64,000 nucleotides of DNA from the NCBI GenBank assembly GCA_000990355.1, contig LBSX01000003.1, forward strand, positions 21,489-85,488. The letters run 5' to 3'. The translations under genes were made by a program, and so were the position numbers. The notes beneath the pieces are model-generated. The model had not been told where the DNA came from, made no database searches, and saw only the letters and a program-made list of their open reading frames with translations. Shown here piece by piece: positions 28,796 to 39,000 of the stretch. Each line of letters opens with the position of its first letter. Positions within the stretch are counted from its first letter, which is position 1. This stretch comes from Candidatus Magasanikbacteria bacterium GW2011_GWC2_37_14 (GTDB taxonomy: Bacteria > Patescibacteriota > Patescibacteriia > Magasanikbacterales > UBA922).

Positions 28796-30040
28796 GTGTG
28801 TGATTTATTACACTATAAAAATGTAAACCTTGTGTTAGAAAATAGAACACAAAATTTAAAAAAAAACTTTGGTCGCATGTTTTGGATGCAAGCTTTGCAA
28901 AATATTAGTGCTTCTAATTTGATAATTACTTTATTTTATTTGCACCGTGGGTTATCTTTGGCCCAGGTTTTTTATTTATCCATTATTTGGTCTATTACCA
29001 ATTTAGTATTTGAAGTTCCTTCTAGTTATTTAGCAGATTATTGGGGTCGTAAAAAAACTCTTATTTTGGGTATTGTTTTAGGCGGTTTTGGTGATCTTTT
29101 GCTTATTTTTTCACATAGTTTTGCTTTGTTTGCCATTGCCATGTTTTTTATTTCTTTGTGCTTTGCCATGTTTTCGGGAACAGACGAAGCATTGGTTTAT
29201 GATACTGCCAAAGAATTAGGTAGTGAAGAGAAAACTTTAGGTCATTTGGGAAGATATTTTTCTGCACGTACTTTTTTAAAAATTGGTATGCCACTATTAG
29301 CGGCTTTTTTGGCTAAAGATTTATTTGATTGGCAGTTTGTTTCGTTGATTTTGGTTGATTTGACAGCGGGTATTTTATCTTTATTGTTTGCTTGGTTTTT
29401 AGTAGAACCAAAACATTATTTTAAGGTAGAAGAACATGAAGGTCATATCTTAAAAGATGCAGTTAAATTAATTAAAACAGATACAGTGTTGGTGAAAGCT
29501 TTGTTAACTCGCACTGTATTTTTTATTGCCATGTTCATTCTTTGGCGTTTTCATTTACCTTACCTGTTAAGTATTGGTATTACGATATTGCCAATTGGCA
29601 TTATGTGGTCAACAGTACATTTAGTTAATTTTTTGATTAATGTATTTATAATTAAAAAAATTGCTCATAAAAAAGTAATGTCCCGAATAAATAATATTAA
29701 TTTTATAGTTGTTTTAGTAATTTTGCTTGAAGTGGTCTTTATATATTTTGGATTTAATAAATGGTGTATACTATTGGGGTTGGGTTTAGTTTTCTTTTTT
29801 GAATCTTCTCGTTGGCCACTATATTCTCAATTGTACAATGAAAGAAGCTATTCTTTTAATCGTGCTACCACACTTTCATTGGCTAATTTTTTGAAAAGTG
29901 TTTTGGATATACCAGTGTTGTTTGTTGGTTCGATTCTAGTGGGTGTTAGTCCTTTTTATCCTTTTGTATTTTCTTTTATTTTAGTTTTGATGTTTTATGT
30001 TGGAGCAAGATTTTCCAAAAATGATATCCGCACTGTCTAA
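28796..30040 (+). CDS. MFS transporter (start uncertain)
   Basis: FEVPSSYLADYWGRKKT, SGTDEALVYD; about 12 TM segments. Confidence 0.88.
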   Translation: MCDLLHYKNVNLVLENRTQNLKKNFGRMFWMQALQNISASNLIITLFYLHRGLSLAQVFYLSIIWSITNLVFEVPSSYLADYWGRKKTLILGIVLGGFGDLLLIFSHSFALFAIAMFFISLCFAMFSGTDEALVYDTAKELGSEEKTLGHLGRYFSARTFLKIGMPLLAAFLAKDLFDWQFVSLILVDLTAGILSLLFAWFLVEPKHYFKVEEHEGHILKDAVKLIKTDTVLVKALLTRTVFFIAMFILWRFHLPYLLSIGITILPIGIMWSTVHLVNFLINVFIIKKIAHKKVMSRINNINFIVVLVILLEVVFIYFGFNKWCILLGLGLVFFFESSRWPLYSQLYNERSYSFNRATTLSLANFLKSVLDIPVLFVGSILVGVSPFYPFVFSFILVLMFYVGARFSKNDIRTV

Positions 30041-31151
30041 AAACATATATCTAATAATTTTTTTGGTTATTTCATTAATGGCTGGATTTTTGATAACTTG
30101 GCAGTGGCTAGAAACAAGCACTGCTCAGTCATTGGCCATATTATCTTTAGAAGAAATCAAGTCACCACTCCGAGCCAAGGCAGATTTGAAAACTGTAAAA
30201 GCATTATATTTAACAGCTTATTCTGCTGGTAACCCAAAGAAATTAGCTGAGATTATTGATTTAATAAACAAAACCGAGTTGAATGCGGTAGTAATTGATA
30301 TAAAAGATTATTCGGGAAAAGTATTATACAATAGTAATTTGGAATGGGTAAAAAGGTTTGAAGCTAGAGAAAACCGTTTGGGAAATGTACGGGAAGTAAT
30401 TCAAAAATTACATGATAATAAAATATATGTAATTGCTCGTCTTACTGTTTTTCAAGACCCACTATTGGCAAGTAAAAAACCTGAGTGGGCCATAAAATCC
30501 AAAAACGATGGATTGTGGCAAGATAACAAAGGTTTAAATTGGGTAGATCCTACCCGTGTAGAAGTTTGGAATTATAATTTGGCCATTGCCAAAGAAGCTA
30601 TTGGTTTTGGTTTTGATGAAATTAATTTTGATTATGTGCGTTTTCCTTCGGATGGAGATATGAGTTTGGTAGTTTATAATAATGGCGATGAACCAAAATA
30701 TCAAACAATGAAGCGTTTTTATACTTTTTTACGTGAGCATCTAAATAATTATCCAGCTTGGATTTCACTAGATATGTTTGGTTATGTTATGGAACGTACT
30801 GATGATTTGCGTATTGGTCAACGCTTGGTAGACGCGGTAGATTCGGCAGATTTTATTTGTCCAATGATGTACCCTTCACACTATTCTAGAAATTCTTTTG
30901 GGGTAGAAAAACCCGCCGAAATTCCTGGAATAATTATTGATAATGGTATGAAAAAGGGAATGCCGACTTTTGTTAATAAGCGCGCCAAGGTACGTCCTTG
31001 GTTACAAGCTTTTGATTTGGGGGCAGTGTATAGCGATGGCATAAAGATTCGCGAGCAAATTGATGCAGTAGAAAAATATAGTGATGCGGGGTGGCTTTTG
31101 TGGAATGCCAGTAATAGATATACGTCAGCTGGATTAAAGATAGAGTGGTAA
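30021..31151 (+). CDS. Putative glycoside hydrolase (DUF4015-like)
   Basis: NAVVIDIKD, IARLTVFQD, GFDEINFDYVRFP, PMMYPSHY, RPWLQAF; N-terminal TM. Confidence 0.8.
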   Translation: MISALSKNIYLIIFLVISLMAGFLITWQWLETSTAQSLAILSLEEIKSPLRAKADLKTVKALYLTAYSAGNPKKLAEIIDLINKTELNAVVIDIKDYSGKVLYNSNLEWVKRFEARENRLGNVREVIQKLHDNKIYVIARLTVFQDPLLASKKPEWAIKSKNDGLWQDNKGLNWVDPTRVEVWNYNLAIAKEAIGFGFDEINFDYVRFPSDGDMSLVVYNNGDEPKYQTMKRFYTFLREHLNNYPAWISLDMFGYVMERTDDLRIGQRLVDAVDSADFICPMMYPSHYSRNSFGVEKPAEIPGIIIDNGMKKGMPTFVNKRAKVRPWLQAFDLGAVYSDGIKIREQIDAVEKYSDAGWLLWNASNRYTSAGLKIEW

Positions 31152-31265
31152 TTTTCAATAATCAATTTACAATTTACAACAAATTTTCATTTAGATAATT
31201 TTCAATGTCAATGATAATTGAAAATTGGTTATTGATTGAAAATTGTGAATTGTAAATTGATAATT
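31152..31265. repeat. Gene-less copy of inverted heptamer frame with central ATG-tcaa-TGA
   Basis: caatttacaatttacaa...ataattttcaATGtcaaTGAtaattgaaaattg. Confidence 0.8.
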
Positions 31266-31277
31266 ATTTATTATTTT

Positions 31278-32264
31278 ATGCGTCTTACTCCAACAAAATT
31301 AAAAGAGCTTTGTGAGCAATATGATCTTTCTCCAAGCAAAAAATATGGTCAAAATTTTTTGATTCAAGAACATCCAATTAAAAAAATGTTTGAAGCGGCA
31401 GAAATAAATAAAAACGACCTAGTAGTTGAAATTGGACCAGGTTTTGGAATATTAACTTTTGCTTTGGCAGAAAAAGCCAAAAAAGTAATTGCTTTTGAAA
31501 TTGAAAAAAAGATTGAAAATTATTGGCAAGAAAATAAACCAGAAAATGTGGAAATTATTTGGGGGAATGCGCTCATGTCATTGCGAGGAAGCCGATTCGC
31601 ATCGGCTGACGAAGCAATCCCAAGTTTAGTGAAGAGTGCAAAGGGATTGCCACACCTCGCTCGGGCGGGGTTCGCAATGACAGGTTACAAAGTAATCGCC
31701 AATGTACCGTATCAAATTACTTCGGATTTAATTAGAACTTTATTGGAATTAGAAAATAAGCCTGAGAGCATTACGATTATGGTGCAAAAAGAAGTTGCTG
31801 AGCGTATTTGTGCCCAAGCTGGAGAAATGAGTTTGTTGGCAATTTCAGTACAATATTATGGCGAAGTAAAAACTGTGGCAATTGTAACACGAGGAAATTT
31901 TTGGCCAGAACCAAAGGTGGATTCGGCAATATTGCACATTAAAGTGAGACAACAACCCCCTTGTTCCCCCTTTATTAAGGGGGAAACCAACAAACCCTGT
32001 TTAATTCCCCCCTTGGTAAAGGGGGGTAGGGGGGATATTGACCAAGAACAATTTTTTAAGATTGTTAAAACTGGTTTTTCACAAAAGCGTAAACAATTGT
32101 GGAGCAATCTAAGCAAAGGTCTTAAAATAGAGGGTGAAATGGTAAAAAAAGTGCTTTTGGAAGTGGTTGGCAATGATAAAGTAAGAGCAGAGGAATTGGG
32201 AGTAGAGGAGTGGAAAGAAATTACCACGCGGTTATCCACAACGTCAAAAGAAAAATTGCTGTAA
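31278..32264 (+). CDS. rsmA: 16S rRNA dimethyladenosine transferase RsmA/KsgA
   Basis: KKYGQNFL, VEIGPGFG, ANVPYQIT, MVQKEVAERI, FWPEPKVDSA, RAEEL; two in-frame inserts; start at ATG 31278. Confidence 0.95.
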   Translation: MRLTPTKLKELCEQYDLSPSKKYGQNFLIQEHPIKKMFEAAEINKNDLVVEIGPGFGILTFALAEKAKKVIAFEIEKKIENYWQENKPENVEIIWGNALMSLRGSRFASADEAIPSLVKSAKGLPHLARAGFAMTGYKVIANVPYQITSDLIRTLLELENKPESITIMVQKEVAERICAQAGEMSLLAISVQYYGEVKTVAIVTRGNFWPEPKVDSAILHIKVRQQPPCSPFIKGETNKPCLIPPLVKGGRGDIDQEQFFKIVKTGFSQKRKQLWSNLSKGLKIEGEMVKKVLLEVVGNDKVRAEELGVEEWKEITTRLSTTSKEKLL

Positions 32265-32309
32265 AGCAATTTTTTTGTTATAATAAGGCCATTAAACGGT
32301 TTAGGTTTT

Positions 32310-33014
32310 ATGCCTGAAAACCAAGAAAAAAAAAGTCTTACCAAAACACAAAAGACAGGGTTTGTCTTATTGTTAATTTTTGCTGTTTTAACAATTGGAT
32401 TAGGTGGTTTACAATTGCGTAATACAATCTACAGTCCTTTTGTCTTAAAACTTTCTGGCCCTGATTCTAGTTTACAATTATTAAATGACGAACAAACTCG
32501 TTTGCAAAGTATAGACACAGATCACGATGGTTTAAATGATTGGGAAGAATTAAATTATTACGAAACTAGTCCTTATTTACCAGACACAGATTCTGATGGC
32601 ATAAATGATAAGACAGAAATAGATAATGGCGATAATCCTCTTTGCGCCAAAGGAGAAGCTTGTGAATCCAGTACTGCCGAATCAGTTGTTGGTGAAGAAC
32701 CAATTACTTCGGCAATTGCTGCTACTGGTGTTACGCCAACCGATGTTATAAATTCTTCTGGTCTTTCTGGCTTTACGGAAGGTGGCGAAGAATTTTCTGC
32801 TTTATTGGCTGCCCTAGAAGATCCACCAAAATTGCGTGAATTATTATTAAAGTCTGGTAGTATTACAGTCGAGCAATTATCAAAAGTAGATGATGCTACT
32901 TTGGTAAAAACTGCCAAAGAATTATTACAAAATCAAATGCAACCTAATAATGAGGTTGTAAATACACCAAGTTCAAATACTTCCACTTTAAATACCACTT
33001 CTACTTTGCCGTAA
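32310..33014 (+). CDS. Membrane-anchored protein with DxDxDG calcium-binding repeats
   Basis: TM segment, then DTDHDGLNDWEE and DTDSDGIND. Confidence 0.65.
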   Translation: MPENQEKKSLTKTQKTGFVLLLIFAVLTIGLGGLQLRNTIYSPFVLKLSGPDSSLQLLNDEQTRLQSIDTDHDGLNDWEELNYYETSPYLPDTDSDGINDKTEIDNGDNPLCAKGEACESSTAESVVGEEPITSAIAATGVTPTDVINSSGLSGFTEGGEEFSALLAALEDPPKLRELLLKSGSITVEQLSKVDDATLVKTAKELLQNQMQPNNEVVNTPSSNTSTLNTTSTLP

Positions 33015-33017
33015 TTT

Positions 33018-36000
33018 ATGTTTATTTTACACAAAACAAAAAAGTCCCTGTTAGTTATCTTAATAAGTATTTTTATTTGTGTACAACTGTTTGGAGTTTT
33101 GGCTTTTGCCAAACCGGCCAATGCCCAAATGGATTCGGCCATTACTGCAGCTTTTAGTGGCAAATGGACTTGGGAACAAGTTGGTAATTCTTTGTTGGCA
33201 GCTTCATTAGGTGCTTTGGTAAATGGCATGTCTTATTTTATGCGTAAAATGGCTTATGATACTGCCATGTATGTGTCTTCTGGTGGTAAAGGAAAAGGGG
33301 CTTTGGCTTTTAAACAAGGTCCAGCAAAATATTTTGAAAATGTAGCCAAAGATGCTGCAGCTAGTGCCATTGAAGTTTTTGGTGAACCATTTGGTTTAAA
33401 TTTATGTCAAACTCCAGATTTAAGAGTACAAGTTTATTTGCAAGTAGGTTTGCGTAACATGTATGGAGATGGTGGTGGTGGCCAAACCGGCCCACAACCA
33501 AGATGCGATTGGAATAAATTAAGCAATTCTTGGTCTGGTGAAGCTTTTGAAAGTAAATATGGCCCAGGTGGCAGAAAGTTTTTGGCCGAAACTTTTTCTA
33601 ATTCCTTAAGAGTAGAAGACACTGATTTTGGTATAGCTCTTGGAGCTATGGGTAAAATAGACAGAATTAAAGCCAATGCCGAAGCTGGAGCTGCTACTGA
33701 AAGAATTGAAGGTCAGGGCTACAAAGCTTTAACTGGTTTAATTACTGGTAATGTTAAGACTCCAGCTCAAATAATTAAAACTGAAACCGAGGCAATTACT
33801 GCCAAAAATCAAACAGATTTAAGTGCCAAACAAATTGCTGGCATCTATGGTTCTGGAGCTTTACAAATAATTCCCATGGGTGCTTCGGTTTTTATCAACA
33901 CCCTAACTGGTCAACTTTTAAATAAATTAATGAGTGCGGCACAAGGTTTGTTTAGTGACGACAGTGGAGAAGAAAGTACCGACGGTGGCACAACTAATTT
34001 TTTTGCTCAATATGTGCAAGATACTCGTAAAGCCGCAGCCCAAGCTTTTAATTTTTTGTATACAGCAGTACCGCAAAAACAATTAAATACTTACGATATT
34101 ATTTCAGAATTTGCGGCTTGCCCAGATAGTCCCTCTCTAAATAATTGTGTAATTGACACCCAATTACAACAAGCCATTGAGCGCGCCAAAAGCAACAAAC
34201 CTCTAACAATCAAAGAAGCCATGAGTGATACAGAAAAGTTATTAAATAAAAAAGGGTTTTTAATTTCTCCTCGTCGCGAAGTAGATAATACTAATTTTAA
34301 TTGTTATAAAAAAGGCTATTGTTATTCCAATTTACAAAAATTAAGAAAAGCCAGAATTTTGCCAATTGGTTTTGAGTTGGCCGCTTTAAAATCCGATCCC
34401 GATAATCCTTGGACTTTGGAACAAGTGGTAAATGGTTTTGAAGATTGCAAACGAGATGAAAATGGAGAGGCTATACCAGACGTAGGACATCCTTTTTGTC
34501 ATTTAATAGATCCTAATTGGATTATTCGTTCTCCAGAGGCTCATTGCGAGGCCAAAGTAAATGGCCCAATACTCGAAAGTCCAGATACTGCTCGCAGGCA
34601 AACAGAATGTGTAGATATTTCTACTTGTTTGGCAGAAAATGAAAATGGTACTTGTGCTTCACCGTTTAGTTATTGTTTGCGAGAAAAAAATATTTGGCAG
34701 ATTGGCGGGCAATCTTGTAATGATTATTATAGTACTTGTGACACTTATTTCGATAGTACAGGCAAAGCCGTGTCTTATCTTTCTCGTACTTTAGACTTTG
34801 GTGAGTGTAATTTGGATGCTGTTGGTTGTCGGGCTTACAGTTTGGAGCAAGGCGCTGGTGGTGTTTGGCAAAATAGTGAACAAATTATTTTTAATAATAA
34901 ATATTTAAGTCGTCCTCAAACCATATTCTTTAATAAAAATATTGATAATTATAGATGTGCCAATGCCAATGATGAAGGCTGTAGTGCTTTTAATGCCGTG
35001 GGTGCAGATAATTCTCGCGGTAGTTTAACTTATCTTAAAAAAGCTCCAGATTATTTAGGTTGTTACGATATAAATACTTCTACTGGTTCCGCAGTAATTA
35101 ATTGGCCAAAAACCAAAGTAGAATTAAGTTATTTAAATGATCGCTCCGAAAGTTGTAAAAATTTTGCCGGAGTTTGTTTGCCAGACGAATTAGGTTGTGA
35201 AAGTTATACTTCGGGCGATGGCGGGGTAGCTATACCAGGCATAATTGGCTCCAATTATTGTCGTCCTGAATGTGTAGGTTATGACACATACAAACAAGAA
35301 GCAACCAATTTTTCTTCCTCAACTTTTCCATTACATTTTATTCCTGGCAAGGGCACCAAATGTTTGCCACAAGAAGCTGGTTGTGAAGAATTTACCAATA
35401 TAGATACAGTAACCAAGGGTGGTGAAGGTTTGGAATATTATACAGATTTGCGTTATTGCGAAAGACCCGCGGCCAACAATCAAGAAACTTATTATTCTTG
35501 GCAAGGTTCGGCTACCGAGGGTTATGTTTTACGTACTCACAAACTTTTGCCAATAGACCCAGTAGAAGCTGGAATAATTAGCGGGTTGTCTGGTTTTGTG
35601 AGTTCTACTGTTGGTGCCAATGTTAAAAGCACTTTTGTCTCGAGTTCTCCAGCTTATGTAGATGATAGTGTAGAAGCATTAGAAAAAAATTATAATTTAT
35701 GCAATGCCACAAGTTACAATGTTTTAATTAATAATCCTTATAGTAAAGAAGCCAAGAGTGCCGACTGTCGAGCTTTGTACAATAAAAAAGGGGATGTTTA
35801 TTATCGTTTATTAGCCGAAACCGTTACTATTTCCGAAGCTTGCCATCCTTTGCGCAAGACCGAAAGTGAATTATATGTAGACCAAAATATTAGTGTTGCT
35901 AATTGTACTGCCAAAGGTGGCAAGGTAGAGAATAGCCAATGTTTGCGCTGTTATCGTGGTGGAAAACTAGATAGTACTGGTAATGCTTGTATTTATTGGA

Positions 36001-39000
36001 CAATTTCTAAGTCTGGTGAATCTGTTTCTTGTACACCAACAGCCAAAAGTTGTCGGGCCTATACTGGTAATACGGGCAATAATATAAAAGAAATATTATT
36101 TAATGGCGAAGATATTGTTACTTTTGAACCCACGAGTACCGACCCTGGAGCTTTGACTGCGGCAGCCGCTGGTTGGCTTGGTACCAAACAAGTGCGACCA
36201 GAATCAATTCAAGTTGGTCAATATTCTTTGGGTGTACAAGGAGAAATAAAATATGAATTTGCAAGTAACGTAATAGAAAGTAATTCTTGGTATGAATTAA
36301 GTTTTTGGGCCAAAGGTAATACCCAAAATTTAAATATTAGATTTTATGGCAAAAATGCCACTGGTGGTTTTGAAGAGAAGGGTGAATTTACTTATAACCC
36401 CTACGTCCAAGTAAGTGTACCGGCAACTGTGGGTGCTGAATGGCAAGAATATAGTTTGGGCCCAATTTTGTTTAAGGGGAATGGTGAAAAGGAAGTACGT
36501 TTGTCTTTTTCTAGCAATGTTACCAACAAAGAATATTATTTAGACAATATTCGTCTAACCAAAATACAAGATCATACCTATTTAATAAAAAATTCCTGGA
36601 AAACTGTAGAAGGTTACGATGTACCGTTAACCTGTGACAATGAACCTGCCGATGGTTTGCCGGGCGTGGCTTTGGGTTGTAAGGCTTATCGCGATTCACA
36701 GGGTACACCAATTAGCGCCACTGGTTTTGAAAAATTATGTCGCCCCGAAGCTGTAGGGTGTCAAGAATTTTATGATACCTTCAACACTCCCAATGAAATT
36801 ACCACTAGTAGTTATAATGTGTGGTGTAATGGAAATGTCCAAGGTGTGTGTAAATTAACTTCTAGTACTGTTGAACTTGGCAAATGTGAAGTGCCAGTAG
36901 GGCAAACAGGTTGTTTGGTAGACAAAATTGTGGTGCCCGAGGGTGTGGCTTTTCCTAGTGGTATTACCAATGCTTCGGTAGTTACTTCTACTATTATTAT
37001 TCCTGCCGATACTCCTATTGGCCAACAGATTTATTTAACCAACCGCAGGTCTTTTAAATGTTCGGAAAGCGCTCTTGGTTGTACCAAAGTAGCTTTGGAA
37101 TCTCGTACAGTATTGGGCTTAAATAATTCACCTTCACTCTATGATTTTTCCGAAACTTACCTAAAAAATAATCCTGCGAATTATAGTGAAACTCTTTGTG
37201 CTGATTCTTTGGTAGGTTGTCAAGAATTTAAATCAGGAAGTGATATTACTTATTTTAAAAATCCCGAAATTTTGGGCAGTGTGCAGTGTAATTATAAAAC
37301 TTTGGTAGACATTGCTGGTACCAAATATTCTGGCTGGTTTAGAGATGGTGTGGGCACTTGTATCAATAATGCCGATAAATTTTGTCGGGCAGATAAAGAT
37401 TGTGGCACAGGCACCGAAGCCAAATGTAATACCAAAGATCCAGTACCTTGCTATGAAAATTATGTACAAGCTGGCTCAAATTATGGTGTTTGGTCCAATA
37501 GTTCAGACAATTACAAAGGATTGGTGGGTATGTGCCCGGCCGCACAAAATGGTTGTACCGAATTAATTGATCCAGCCGATACTTCACAAAACAATCCCGA
37601 AGGCAAACCTTATTATATTATTTTTAATCGTGACGTAGAAAAGCGCACTGGTGAGTGCGAAGGTAAGGTAAGCTTAAAAGATGGCTGTGTGTTGTTTGAT
37701 CGTACCGATCTCCCCAACAAAATTTATAATGTTGCTGAAACATATAAAAATAGTGAAAATTTAACAGATAATAAATATGGTTCGGTAACTCCTTCGACTA
37801 CAGTGTCGGCTTTGGAACCAAAATTAAAAGCCAATTTAATTTTAAAAGTAGAACGTGACCGTCAATGCAGTGAATGGCTACAGTGTAAGAGTTATGCTGT
37901 AAATTATAACGAAAAAGGCCAACCAACCAATTTGTGTGAAGAATTCAAAAGATGTACACAGTTAAATGATCGTGGTGAATGTATTTCTTGGGTACCAGAA
38001 AATGATGAGTTATATTCTCAAACACTTACCGAAGATTTTTATGTGGGTCGTTCTACAAATTGGTATGCTGAAGATTTTTCGGGGTATAGTTTGCTCAACA
38101 AATATCAAATTGGCAGTTATGTATATTTAAAAATGGGTTTGCCAAATGAACCAACATTTTTGGCACACACGGTTGATGATCGAACAAGACCAGAAGGTGC
38201 TGCTGGTTGTACTGTAGCCTTGGGGGCACAGCCCGACAGCAAAGATGGAGATATTTGTGGTTTGGCCAATGGTGGGCGTTGTTGGCAAGGAAATTGTGTT
38301 TATCCACTTGAGGGATCTTTTACAGAAGAAGCAGTTAAAGCAACTTTTGCTAGTTATTTAGAACAAGGTTCTTGTAAAGCTTATCCCGAAAAAGAAAGTC
38401 CTTTTGAAGTTTATCAAGCTACAGAAGATTTTGGTGATACAGGTGCACCAAAACAATTATTTGGTGTAACAAGTACTATTAGTGGATCTAAGTTTAGATG
38501 GAATTACCCTGGTAGAAAAGATAGTTTTGGTAAAGTTAATATTTGTCAGGATTATAAAGATACAGATGGTAATAATTATAAGTGTTCTTGTGGTTATGTT
38601 AAAGTAACTTATAAAAATAATGTAACTGATTACTGGCCAGCAACCAACAAAATAGAAAGTATTTTACCAAAGGGTGTCTGTAGTGGTGGGTCTTTGGATG
38701 GCATTCCTTGTGATCCAGATTATGGTGACAAAAATCAATGTGGTGATGTTCTAGAAAATCCGGGTCAATGTAGTCGGATTACCGAAAGAACCCAAAGAAA
38801 TGGGCAAACTGGTTTTTGTTTGGAATATGATTTAAGTAGACCACTAGGCAAAGCAAACACAGATTTTAAAAAACAAACCTATGCTTGTCTCACTTGGTTG
38901 CCAGTAGAAGTTTCGGCTTCGGGAATAGACACTTACAATTATTATGAAAAAGCTGGTTATCACCCCGGCATAGACGCCAACGCTTCTCTTGGACAAGTTT

